DNA of 62,833 nt, filler included, from Sluysia triapertura (taxonomy: Eukaryota): the NCBI GenBank assembly GCA_046118255.1. It is 5 parts of 5 records of this genome, joined end to end, with 100 filler letters (N's around TTAATTAATTAA, not from the genome) between each part and the next. Parts side by side here need not be neighbours in the genome. Positions count along the whole stretch, not along the records: positions 37,745 to 51,540 come from JBJNIA010019297.1; positions 51,641 to 62,833 come from JBJNIA010187645.1; 3 more parts are not named here. The stretch is one strand, 5' to 3'. The notes under the pieces are model-generated. The model was not told the origin of the DNA, did not search any database, and saw nothing but the letters and a program-made list of their open reading frames with translations. Positions 40,829 to 53,189 of the stretch are shown here, in pieces. Each line of letters opens with the position of its first letter. Positions within the stretch are counted from its first letter, which is position 1. A program made the translations under genes and the position numbers.

Positions 40829-42889
40829 CTAAACAAAAATGTAAATAAATAAATAAAGCATAATTTTTTTATATATGAATCATAAACTTCAAAGTTTTTC
40901 CATTATTTAACCTATAAGTTTTCCACTGAATCTACGAAAGCTTTCTAACACAATAAATAATATTATAAAGAAATCAAATGTCTAATTTTACTGACACAAA
41001 AAGTATAAAAAATAATATATACAAAACAATAATAAATAATAAAGAAAAAAATAATTCATTAGAATTAAAATTTCTTTTTCTACAATATATTTGAAAATGT
41101 GAGACTAATCTTTTATTTTAATCTAATTTACGCTAATTTGACTAATTTGGATGCTCAAAATATTTGTTCTTCACAGATCCGGTGATTTTATTCTGCATAT
41201 GATGTTCATGTAATACACTTTAAAATAACATTTTATGAATTTATTGTGAATTAAAATGTATAAAATAATAGTTATGATTATAAATTCTGAAACTATCAGA
41301 ACTATGTGATAAATTTTGCATAAAATTTACTGATAATTATGTCAATTATAATATATGGGTTTAACGTATAATAAAGAGATCCAAACGAATAATAATTTAA
41401 ATTTAAAGTAAATATGATGTGGAAAAATTTGAATTCAATTGTGTTTAAATTTTTACGAAAATGTAATAATCTCATCGAATTGTGATGTGATTGTATTATA
41501 AATTTTAAATGGTATTTATTTATTACTTAAATTTGTTAATTATGTATAAAACTGATATTCAAAATCAATCCAAGAACATGTAAGGTTATTAAAGAAATGA
41601 GGAGTATAATCTGAATACATCTAAAATAGCATTTGCTGACTTATTTTATGCAACACATCTCACGAAATAAGCTGACACTAACACTAGTACTTTAACTAAA
41701 ATAAGAATTACGTAATCGACATTAAAATTTATAACTTATTTAATTTTGATAAGTATTTAATAAATGTCCGCTTGCAAAAACCGAGAATGTGCCTCACTTT
41801 TGTTAGAAATTATTGCAGAGATAATTAAGTATATCAAAAACGTTACCATCTTTTTAAACACTTTATAATCTTTAAATAATTTAACTGCTACGATACCTTA
41901 TTGTAAAGTTGTGAGACCTTATGAAAAAATTTATAATAGTTCTTATAATCTTTACAAAAAATAATTTAAAGTACTGCTTAATATATTTAATAGGCAAGCC
42001 ACTCATACGCAAAAAAAAACAAAAATAAAAATAATATTTTAGCAAGAATAAAATTTAAACACATTCTTCTTGTATTTAGAACGAAATATATTGTTCTTTT
42101 GTAAGTTTATCTTCTTGCAATTTGAAGCTGTCTCTGTCTATTTTTGGTGTAAAATGAAAAATTCGCTTACCAAATTTAAAATTTCAATTGGAGTTTTGTG
42201 CAAAATATTTCATTTTAACTTTTGTAGAAATTGTATAGTAAAACTTCCATAAAACGAACTCCTGACATTTAATATTTATTTTTGGTTCGGAATAGAAACT
42301 CGGACTTAAGTAGATGTATATTTTTATAACTCATATTTTTGTCTCTAAAATAAAATAAAGTCTACCTTCTTCTTCAAATCTGAAATTTTCTTAATATTTG
42401 TTTTAGGTATAAAATGAAATAATTCTTTGTAAGTATAATTTTTTCCTTATAATTAGACCAAATTACGTGAGTTTCTGTCCTGTGCGTCTAAATGTATTCA
42501 TAACATAGATAAGCCACACTCGTATCCGAGAAATTCATCAGATCGCTTATTTACGACAGCCGCACCTCAGAAAAGTTTCGCTGCGTCGTCTAATGAGATG
42601 ACATGTATGTATTTAAAGGATTAAATACATAATTTTGAATTAAATCTTAATTTATATTATTCCAAGATTTTAAACCATCATCTAATAAATTATCTTTGTA
42701 AACGTTATTTAGCTTAAGTTCTCAGATATTTTCAAGAGCTTGGAGGAAGTTGCTCTCTAATTATAACATGTCCTAAAATCTTGTATATTATTGCAGAGAT
42801 AATTTAAATGCTACGATTAAAGCAAAATTTCTACTTTTTTATTTAGATAAGACGCATTTCAATTTTTATTAAAAAATTTATTTTACTCT

Positions 42890-43285
42890 GTTTGAATGAC
42901 TTAAAGAAACTCATACGGCCAATAAAAAATTAGAAATAATAGAATATGCAGAGATCAATGGAAATCGAGGAGCAAGTAGACATTACGGGAAACATGAAGC
43001 TAATGTGGGAAGATGGAGAGCAAATAAATAGGTTCTGCGTATTATTAAGACAACAAAAAGAGCAAGGAGGAAGAAAAATCCATATTTAACCTAACTTGAG
43101 ATTGAATTAAAAAATTGGGTTTTAAATTAACGAAAATTGTAAGAGTTTCTGCTTTACCTATTAAATTTGAAACTAAAAAATTGCAAAAAGACTAGAAATT
43201 TAAGGAAATGGTTGTTGGGTCCATAATTTTGTGAAAAGAAATCAATTACCGTTAAGAACTGTAACATTAGTAGGGCAAGTTACCT
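42890..43285 (+). mobile_element. pogo-family transposase remnant (Brinker-type DBD + CENP-B/Tc5 HTH)
   Basis: HTANKKLEIIEYAEINGNRGASRHYGKHEANVGRWR...LEIELKNWVL...GCWVHNFVKRNQLPLRTVTLVGQ, with stops. Confidence 0.75.
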
Positions 43286-44752
43286 TATGTATAATAATGG
43301 AAACCAAGCACAATATACTTTACTTTTATCTAATAATTTATAGTATAACTAAACTTTAATTTAATTTAAAGTTAATTTAATTTTTTTACATTGACTTTAA
43401 GATATTATACTTATTAACAATTAGACAGATTTATCAATCAAATTAATCGAATTACTAATTCAATATTTTCACCAAGTTAATCAAATTATTGATCCAAAAG
43501 CCGGAATATTATAACTTCTCTCATCTATTTTTGTCTTGGTATAAATGCATTTTCTTACATATGTATATATATTATCAACATGAAAAGTAATCAACATTAA
43601 AATATAATACTCAATATTAAAAAAATAATTGTAAATAAAAATGCACGTAATGTTTGATTATTATACGATAATCGAATAATGTAATGTCTGAAAATATAAA
43701 ACTTCACATTTTGTCGTGCCCTCAATATACTCAAACGTTATAACAATCGAATGTTTGAAAGATAAAATTACTTTAAATTAAAATAATAATAGTAATAATA
43801 ATGTCAACAATAAAATAATGTACAAAAATGAACACGAATGTTTGAAAATGATACTCAACAATAATAAAATAAAATGTTTGAATGTCTTGTAAATGTTGGA
43901 GTTAAATTGGTAATTGAAGTTTAACATTTACTTATGATAATAACTATTTATTCATTCAGTATAAATATTGAAAATAAAAGAATTATTTATTTATATTATT
44001 TGTAAATATTATATATTTTATTTTATTATTTGATAAAAATTATTTGTTGATAAAAAATTAATTGTTTATTTTATTTATTGTATCTTTTGTTATAAAAAGA
44101 TAACAAAAATCTAATAAAAAAAATAATGAATCATATCATAAAAAAATAATAAAATCTAATTCATTAATAAAAATAATAAATTTGTTTTACTATTTCATTT
44201 TGCTTTTTGTTAACAAAGGTGGTCACCGATTATAAATCCGATTTAATTGAATTTAGAACACAGTTAACAAAAATTAAATTGGAAATATCAGCAGTTTATC
44301 GTCAAAATTATTTGCATAATTTTACAAATAATATTATTTGCATAAGTTTACAAGATCCTAACTTTAGTAAAGTAGGAACTTAAAATATTTGACGTAAAAT
44401 CATTAACTTCATCCTAAAACTTACAGGCTAGGTTACTTAAAATACTTAAATCAAGATAAAATAATGAGAAATACGAAGAAACAAACTTAATTAAAATTTG
44501 TTTAATTTCATAACTCAAAAGTGTTTGCTCATGATAAAATATTGGATTTAGTGTATAATATTGAGTTTCATTAGTGCTTTTAATGATGAAGTATTGCGAA
44601 GCACGTAAAATTAGTTATTTTAATTAATTTTTATAATTTAAAATTAAAGTTTCGATGTCTAAGTATTAATAAAGTATATATCAAATTAATGCTTATAGAG
44701 AGACCAATTCAAATATATTATTGAACTTGACGTGCAATTTACGGTTGACGCA

Positions 44753-45240
44753 CAATGTATTAATGCAGAATAATCCTGTGAGAAATAAATTTATTATTTC
44801 ATTAATTTTATTGTTAAATTAAGTTGACAAATTACATTATTATAAAAGCAATGTAACAATGATTTTAAATTTTAATTAGATGATATTAAGAAGATAAGGG
44901 GATTGTTTACCGCAAATCCCATTATCTTTAAATAATTGAAATGTTAATCAAGCTGAACATAGACAGAAATTGCTGTCGACATTTAATCGGCTTATTGCCG
45001 ACTAAAAGAAAAGCGACAGCTTTAATTTCCGTCTTGTTCGATTTCTGATTTTTAATTTCACTAATTGCCATAAAACTGCTATATAAGCAGTTATACTTCT
45101 GCAATTAAAACAGAAGTAAAAACGGCAATAGGACAGAGTCAAAATAAATAAAATATTTTTAATCTTTTTAACTGAATTTTCTTTTTAGAACAAGGGTTAG
45201 TAATATTTTTCTTAATGTTTATATTTTGCGTTAACACAGG
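44753..45240 (-). ncRNA. Structured non-coding RNA candidate (telomerase-RNA-like / H/ACA-type)
   Basis: Dense nested stems: a three-way junction at 45064-45129, a ~120-nt hairpin at 44937-45060, and hairpins at 44891-44928, 44831-44857 and 44759-44806. Six A-C mismatches on + are G-U on -. CUAACCCU at 45200-45193; H-box-like ACAAUA (44814-44809); ACA (44758-44756). Confidence 0.5.
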
Positions 45241-45539
45241 TGCGAAAATTTAAATAAGTTGTGTCATTGAAGAGTGATTTATACTGTTATAAAGAATAAT
45301 TTGTACGGTTTTTATAAAGTATAATTTCTATTTTCATTGTTATGGAGTTATTTATATATTTTGGTTATAATCTTGTGATAATATAAAGAATATAACGAGA
45401 TTTCCAATTATTTAGTCATTGCATTTTAATTTAATAATTTGAGAAAATAAAGGTATTACAAAAATAACAATATTTTATGTACAACCAGATAATTTGTTTA
45501 TTTAATTCTAGTTATGATAAAATTAATTAATTTTATTTT

Positions 45540-45780
45540 GTTAAACTTTATCATAACTTTTATTCATTGTCTACATATAAATTTATTTTATTTGAATAAA
45601 ATTTAATTGATATTTAAACTATTTATTTGTTAAACGTTAATTGTTCACAAATAAATCTCATTTCTTAATATTTGAATAAAAATTTTAATTGATAAACTAT
45701 TTATTTGTTAAACTTCCGCATAACTTTTATTCGTTACTTACATATAAATTTTGTTTTATTATATTTGAATAAAAACTTGA
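45540..45780. repeat. Local tandem duplication (~170-bp spacing)
   Basis: TTGTTAAACTT...CATAACTTTTATTC.TT...TACATATAAATTT occurs at ~45538 and ~45705, with partial copies between. Confidence 0.7.
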
Positions 45781-46411
45781 TTGTGTTTATTTCATCAATT
45801 TTAAAAGGGATTGAGGATTAGTGTCGGATTTGATTACGCATTACGATTTTCTGCACTTCCATCTCGAACAACTGAGACGAGTATAGAACTTGCTTGCCAG
45901 ATTCAATATATCGTAAGAAATAATCACAGAGAATCTACCTTGTCCTTTTAGAGTAGTATAAATGCAGCAAAAAACCCATATCCAAGACGAAACACAAAAA
46001 AGAAGTGAGTACATAATTCACGCCTAGATATTAACACCGAAGAATTATTTATCTGAACCCCATTAATAAAGAACTAAATTATTCTTAACAATTGTTTATT
46101 GTTTAGATTTGAATAACGTTTTTTGAATTACTTAGTGTTTTGCTTTGCGTACTTGAATACTATAAGTTGAGGAGTAGAGATCCTAAAAATAACTAAATTT
46201 ATAACCTGAGTCATTAGCACTTCCATCTCTAACGCCAGAGTCGAGTAGTGGACTCGGTATCTTCCAAAGTTATAAAATTGGTCTCTAAGCTTGAGAATAG
46301 AATCATACTAAGTAAGATTTCATAAAGCTAAAAGAAATACCAAGCAATAATTTTTCGAGGATAAAGATTAAAAACCCATAACATATTGTATAGAAGAAAC
46401 ATTTACTTGTA

Positions 46412-47054
46412 CAGTAAACCCCCCATTACTCTCGATAATATTTAGAAAATGCATAATTGCTTAAATAAACACGCATCTATTTATTTTAAGTACAATTTTA
46501 ATTTTATTGATATGTTATGGATTTACCGGTATGTATTTGGTATTTTTCTTTAGCTTTAAAATACCTTATGGTAATTAAAATTTTAATTAAAATTAAATTT
46601 TTTAAATTTTAAATTATTTTAGAAAAATACCCTATCGCAATGTCAAATAATCGCAAAGAGTCGTACTGACTGTGAAACAAAAACTTCAGTTAATTGAAAT
46701 GAGTGAAAAGGGTATATCCACATCGAAACTTTCGGAAAAATACGGAGTTAGTGTTCAAACAGTTCGCGATATAATTAAGCAAAAAATAAAGTTGGACTTT
46801 ACAAGAGATTGTGTAATAATGCAGGTACTTCAACTCGGAAAAGTATGAAAATGTCATCATACGAAGGTGATGCAGCTATGCTTAAATGGTTTAATCAAAA
46901 ACGAGCATAAGAAATTCCAATTACAGGCTCTGTAATTGCACAAAAAGCCAATTCTTTTATGATTCATTTGGATTAAAAGACGTATCTTCTGGATGGCTAA
47001 CCAGATTTAAGAAACGTCATGGTATCCGTGAACTTTCAATCCAAGGAGAACGCT
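46412..47054 (+). mobile_element. Tigger/Jerky-like (pogo) transposon, 5' part
   Basis: TA|CAGTAAACCCCCC terminus at 46412. From 46640: MSNNRK-VVLTVKQKLQLIEMSEKGISTSKLSEKYGVSVQTVRDIIKQK..RKSMK..AMLKWFNQKRA*EIPITGSVIAQKA..SSGWLTRFKKRHGIRELSIQGER (CENP-B N-HTH + Tc5 HTH). Frameshifted; ends at the MITE. Confidence 0.85.
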
Positions 47055-47058
47055 TTAA

Positions 47059-47293
47059 CCCCTTAACGTTCAATTTTTTTTCCAAAAAACGTCCAAAAAA
47101 ACTCATTCTTTTTATTGCTGCATTATTTACTAAACTATATTTTAGTGTGATATTTACAAAAAAAATTCAAAAAAAAACAATGAAAAATATGATATTTATT
47201 TATTATATCAGTATATGTTGGTTAGATATATTTTCTACTTAAACATGTCAAAATAACCTCGCTCGAGTTAATTCGAGTGTGCGAGTTAAGGGG
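47059..47293. mobile_element. piggyBac-type MITE (235 bp)
   Basis: TTAA|CCCCTTAAC ... GTTAAGGGG|TTAA: perfect 9-bp TIRs with a TTAA target-site duplication. Confidence 0.8.
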
Positions 47294-48250
47294 TTAATTA
47301 AAATTTAATTAACTTAATTAAGAAAAAGTACGTTTTTGTGAATAACTTTTGAATGCGGAATGTTATGTTAATTGTGAAACTGTGTATGTATTTGTTTTGA
47401 AAAGACCTTTCGATGACGGTTTGGCCGAGTACATGCATGAAAACCTTAATATTGAGCAAAGTCAAATTTTAATTAATTTTTAATTATGGAATGTTGAATT
47501 TTTTAATACTTATAATGACGAAAAGATAATGAAAGTGGAGAATCTAGAAGTAAGTTTAAAATGGCCGCAGAGTGGTTTGTTTGCGAATAAGAAACTTAAA
47601 CATTTTTCATTAGAAAATTGGGTGTGAAAAACCTAAAATCAAGTGAATCTAAAAACTAAAGTTAAAATGATTGTTTTTATGCATGTTTCCAATACTAATG
47701 ATTATTATTTTAATGTGAAAAGTAATTTAAAAAATAGATAGAATAGAGTAGAAAATAAGTTTTAATAAATTTTATTTTTAATAAAATCATTAATAAATGT
47801 TTTGTGTTATGCATCTAATAATGTTTGACAGGCCGTTCCAAGTAACTGTCAAAGTTATTATTGTCGGTTTAATTCTCAAAGGATGAGAGAATGTTTGATT
47901 ACAAAACTCAGGAATTATTGGATGATGCGAAATTATAAAAAGGAATACCTAAAAATTTTAAAACAAGTCCATGACTTTAATGGTACATATGTGAAGATCC
48001 ATGTACTGGCTAAAATTTTGAATTTATTTTAATTACTTATTTAATTATTTATGGTTGTTCTAAATATTTTTCTTGATTAATTGACGAATAAAGTTGACTT
48101 GTTATTAAAGTTAATGAATTAAATTGATGGTACTTGTATATTGTTCAATAAATATGTTTGCAATATCGATATGAAGTTAAAAGATGATGATTGCATGAAG
48201 CATCAACTAACAGTTTATGCTGTTTGTGATAATTCAATAATGTAGACATA

Positions 48251-48520
48251 ATGTTTCAGACATTTATGATTGATTGTATTGTACTAAATGTATTGAAAAG
48301 TCGTATTTGTGAAATGTGTCATAGATTTCCAATTATGGCTGGATTGGTAAGTTACATGACACAGTGTGTATGCCCAAATGTGTGCAAATTATATGCAAGG
48401 AGTTTTGAAAATGCTGAAAGGACAGTTTTTATCAACATTGTAAGAATGAAGAAACTTATGGATGTGGCAAGACAAATAATTAACAAATTTGGTAAACTTT
48501 ACAATGTAGAAGTTTATTTT
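48251..48520 (+). pseudogene. Decayed Cys-rich, RING-like coding fragment
   Basis: ICEMCHRFPIMAGLVS.., then in a shifted frame H.TVCMPKCVQIIC..KC. Cys spacing is RING-like but disrupted. A similar CLIC/CKLC relic lies on the minus strand at ~35935-36330. Confidence 0.3.
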
Positions 48521-50191
48521 TATTTTAATATTATTAGAATTGACAATTACATCAATTACAGAATAGTTACATATTTACTATTCTGTAAATAGTAATTTTA
48601 TAATTAACAATTATAGGAGATACTAGTTATTTATAGAATGAATAATGAAACTTAGTCCTTTTAACAATTACAATTTTAAATTTTATGTAATATTTTAAAT
48701 TTCTTTTCTTTTAATTCTTTAATATAAAAGCGTCTAGTCAATTGAATTTTATTGGGGGGACTCACAACAGAATTTATACGGTATAAAAAGGTTAGAATAA
48801 AGATGAATAATAGAAAAATTAACGTACTTGGAACATTATAATAGATCGTTATGTTTCACTTTCTTTTCATTACATCAGCCTGACTTAGACGTTTTGAGAA
48901 AGACCGGTAAAAGATTCCATCTTTTTCTTGCTTCATTTCATCAATCCTATTCGAGATTATTGAAAACATATGTGGTGACCAGCCTTTCACTTGAAATTCA
49001 AATTACTACGTTATATGAAATATTACATATTCTTACATTTTACATCATATTTCTGCAAATCCATTAAAACATTTTTACTTTTCAAAACACTTTAAATTCA
49101 TAAACTCATAACATCAAAACTATACTTATCTTTAAACCATTAATGTACATCTTAAATTTCATGTAAAACATTTTAACTCAGAATTTCACAAGATTAGAGT
49201 CACAATTTACATCTTGAATTATCAAAGATACATGTTAAAATTAATCCAAAACATCTCAGGTTCACAATCCTTAAAAGCACTTAATCTTTAATACATCGAA
49301 AGACATTAAATTCACATTTCAAAATCATCTTAAAACATTATAATCAAGTTGTAAACATTCTCTAACATTTTTAGTTAAGATGATACATATACTTTTTAAG
49401 AAAATCGATAAGATCCAGAGTAAATATTTTATAAAGATTTTTTAAAGAAGTAAAAGAAACATGCTTACGAAAGATCTTTATGCAATTAATTTTATCACCA
49501 TTATTATTACTATTATTTTTATTTCACTTATTATTATTTTATGCTATTTATTTATTTTACTATAATTTATTATCATTATCATTATCATTATTATTTTTTA
49601 ATTGCATTTGGTATAAGAAAAATTAAATTTATCACAATTATAATGGTCATCACATAAATATTACTTGCAGCAAATAACTATCATTTTTAATCACAATGTC
49701 ACTAGTCGACAGTTTAATTTAAAACACTTCAATATACCTTATGAACTGTCGACTGATGACAGTTGCTTATGGAGTTGATACATCTGTTTGTGTTTAATGT
49801 TACATATACGCTGTCATTCATAATTTCATTCAATTGATTTGACTGAATATCCAACCACAAAACCACATGCCAATTAACAAGTTATTTTTGAGTAAAGCAG
49901 ACGAAATTCATACATACACAGGTCAATTTAAATAACTATTTGTACCTTGCCAGACTTACAGACGCATGCAATGTAAAATTTTATGTGATATGTATAATCA
50001 GTATAGTTGTTACAATGCAGCAATTAGTTTGATATGATTTTCAATGGACTAATCATATCAAGCTATTTTAAGATAAATGTTTAATCAGCTTAGTATTATA
50101 ACATGATAAAGATAAAAATACTAAAACAAAAACAGACATTATTTAAAAAGTGGAACATATTCAATTATTTTAGCATAGTTATTAAATAAAA

Positions 50192-50480
50192 ATGAAAAAT
50201 GTGATAACTGCTGAAGATGTTCATGTTAAAAATTCTATATTATTAATATGGTTATTTATGAATAAGCACTGATCACAACAAATACCTGGTCATGTTTCGA
50301 CTCCAATATGTATGAATTAGAATTAAATAGTAAAAAGTTTACGTTTGATATTTATGATATATTCGATAACGGAGATCTACAACGTATGAATACCTTGTAT
50401 TGCGACCAGACAGATATGTATTTTTCAGTGTTCGATCTGACACAAGGATTGAAATGCAAAGTTCTTATGAAGTATTAAAT
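50192..50480 (+). pseudogene. Decayed Ras/Rho-superfamily small GTPase fragment
   Basis: MKNVITAEDVHVKNSILLIWLFMNKH*SQQIPG/CFDSNMYELELNSKKFTFDIYDIFDNGDLQRMNTLYCDQTDMYFSVFDLT follows the G1-G3 layout (KxVxxGxxxVGKxxLL..PTVFDxY...LxIxDTxG...LRxLYYxxTDxF..FDxT), but the P-loop and DxxG are eroded; has a stop and a frameshift. Confidence 0.45.
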
Positions 50481-51540
50481 CTCTATGTTTTTGTTATGTC
50501 TAATGCGTACATTGTCAATAAAATTTGCAAGGACGTTAATTTCGAATTGGGATTCGGTGTCCTGCCCCTGGTCAATTTGTCTTAAGAACTAAACTTAGTC
50601 AGTTCAATCAATTAGTTCGTCATCACCATTACCTTAGTAAAGTCAGTGTGATTCAATGTTCATCCATTGTTCAATTTTACATCAATTATGCCTCAAACAA
50701 ACTTGTACATACGATTCTGGCAATCGCAAAGAATAAGATTCGAGATGAACAATAGAAACATTGACTCCACCTTCAAAAAAGGTATCAGATTAAATTTATG
50801 TCCATCAAGCCATGTAATAACGTCAACGTATACAGATGCTCAGCACTATGTCCATCTCAAGTAGATCAATTTAATATGAATTAAATATGAAACTTCGTGT
50901 CGCTATTCGCATAATGTCGCCAACATCGATAAAAACGAGGAATCAAATCAACATTTAGAACGCATTAACAAACTATTAGGTTCATTACAATTTAATGATA
51001 TTAATGCCCATCCACGATTTAATCATGACCAAGTCAAAATCCAAAACAACTTCAGACATTTTCGCTATATTTACAATTCAAGTTTGAAAGTAAATTATAC
51101 TTTTTTTAAAGAAATAACAATTGAATTTATTTACATTTTGTTCTTAAGGAATTCGCGATCAGGTAATCTGTGGCACTCCAAGATACAAACATTCTAAATC
51201 ATGAAATCTTAAAATCTATAATTTTTGATCTAAACAAATTGTTATATTGTTGGGATTAGTGAAGGATGAGGGTTGATATAAGGGTTAAAACTTAGGATAG
51301 CAGAATAAGTTGAACGTTATTAAAGAACTAAGACAAGGTATTATCATGAACTGTAATAGTGGGATAAGCATATAAAATACTTAAATTAAGATAAAATAAT
51401 GAAACAATACGAAGAAATAACCCTTTACAAGGTTTTATCTGTTAAAATATTAAAGTACATTTATTAATTAATTTAATTATAATTTGTTTAATTTCATAAC
51501 TCAATAAAAATGTTTGCTCATTATAAAATGATGTTGGATT

Positions 51541-51640
51541 NNNNNNNNNNNNNNNNNNNNNNNNNNNNNNNNNNNNNNNNNNNNTTAATTAATTAANNNN
51601 NNNNNNNNNNNNNNNNNNNNNNNNNNNNNNNNNNNNNNNN
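51541..51640. other. Artificial contig-joining spacer
   Basis: 44N-TTAATTAATTAA-44N. Confidence 0.97.
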
Positions 51641-51745
51641 TGATTGTACTGAAACCAGAGATCAAAATACCTATTTCAATCAACTTTAACCATATTAATA
51701 AACCACAGCCCTCCATAGCGGTTCGGTTACTTTTGTGACACCCCG
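51641..51745. mobile_element. Terminus of a Tc1/mariner-type element cut by the contig edge
   Basis: Ends CGGTTACTTTTGTGACACCCCG|TA; the reverse complement TA|CGGGGTGTCACAAAAGTAACCG resembles Tc1/mariner TIRs with a TA target. Confidence 0.5.
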
Positions 51746-53189
51746 TATACATTACTTGAAAAGTATTAGATTATCGCCGATTTCACACGTAATTTCTTTT
51801 CTGCATTACATCGTTAAGGATTTAAGGATCTTTCATATAATTTCTATTGACCATTTAAATCCAAAAGTACATTGTTTTTTAAGTATTACTTAGAACATGT
51901 CATCATTATTTTTAGTTATTATTTCCCTTTTAACTCAAACTGAGTCATGACGCATTATAAGCAAGTGAAAATAATAGCATTTGTCGGATAGAATTATTCG
52001 TTTTTGATCCGAAGATCTAAGCTTGATGACATGCAGTCGATATTGAAAAACTTGTAATAGATAGCGAAAAGGAGTCACATGTGAGGTGAGAATAGTGCAG
52101 GAGTTGTTTAACGATGGATATTCAATGAATTCGAACAATATGGAGCGAGTTCACATTTCTAGATCAAGTATATTTCGTAATAGGAAATACCATTTATTTT
52201 GGATGAGAATAAAAGAAAGTACAGATTACATATTTGCAAGTATTTAATAGTATATAATTTTTAAAAAAGATTGTTATTAGAGATGTAAAAAAAGAGGGTG
52301 AAAATGAAAGGTTACTAAAGCTAGATTAGTCGGTCGATCATAGATTTTGAACTATATAGGTAGAAAGAGTTGAAATTATTATGATTGATTTAGACCAAAG
52401 GTGGAAGGCAACAAATTATTAGATGATCATAATAGCTTATAATCCAGATATTAGATTGTCTTTCATCCATCCCTGGAGTCGTCAGCATATGCATTCTTAA
52501 TACTTTTCTAAAAGTTATTCTTAACTAATTTGATAATTATCTCAAACTACCAATTAATCCTTTATTTTTTTTAGAGCCGACTTAAGGCCGACGTTACATT
52601 AAGGTCAAAATGTAATGAATAAAAACCAGAAAAATGAATTGCAAAACCATAAAAAGATGTAAAAAACAAACATCAATGTTAAACAGATTGTCTATTGACA
52701 TATATACTTCTACAGAAGATTGCTTTATCAGGACTATACCATCCACTATTTTTGGGCAACTGATCGACAATTGTAACATCGAATTTCTTTTCAGATATTA
52801 TTGGATTAGAGTTTCAAAGACACGCTTTAATTGAGTAGAATTACACTTTACTATGACGAATTTTAACAAACGTACGTAATTTTTCATAGCACAACACTTA
52901 AGAGGATTTGAACATCCGGAAGAATAAATGAATCGCAAAGGGCGTTTGTCAGGAAATCTAAGTGGATCATAAATGACGAATTAAGAAAAATTTGCTAAAG
53001 TTTTTCATATTGTTTCTTAATTTTATTACCTTGATCGTGTTGGGCAGAAATTTCTTGACGAGGTTGTTGAATGTGAGGTTTGTTTACGATGAGACTGCTT
53101 TAGTCCCGAGTTCACTGTACCCGATTTTGCTCTTACGAACAATGACTCATGTTTTAATAAAAATGATCTTCCTTCGATAAAATATAAAA

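Noticed and set aside
46020-46040. CGCCTAGATATTAAC (RLDIN), resembling the PRIM1 motif preceding the last exon
   Set aside because: Wrong strand and no supporting frame or splice sites.
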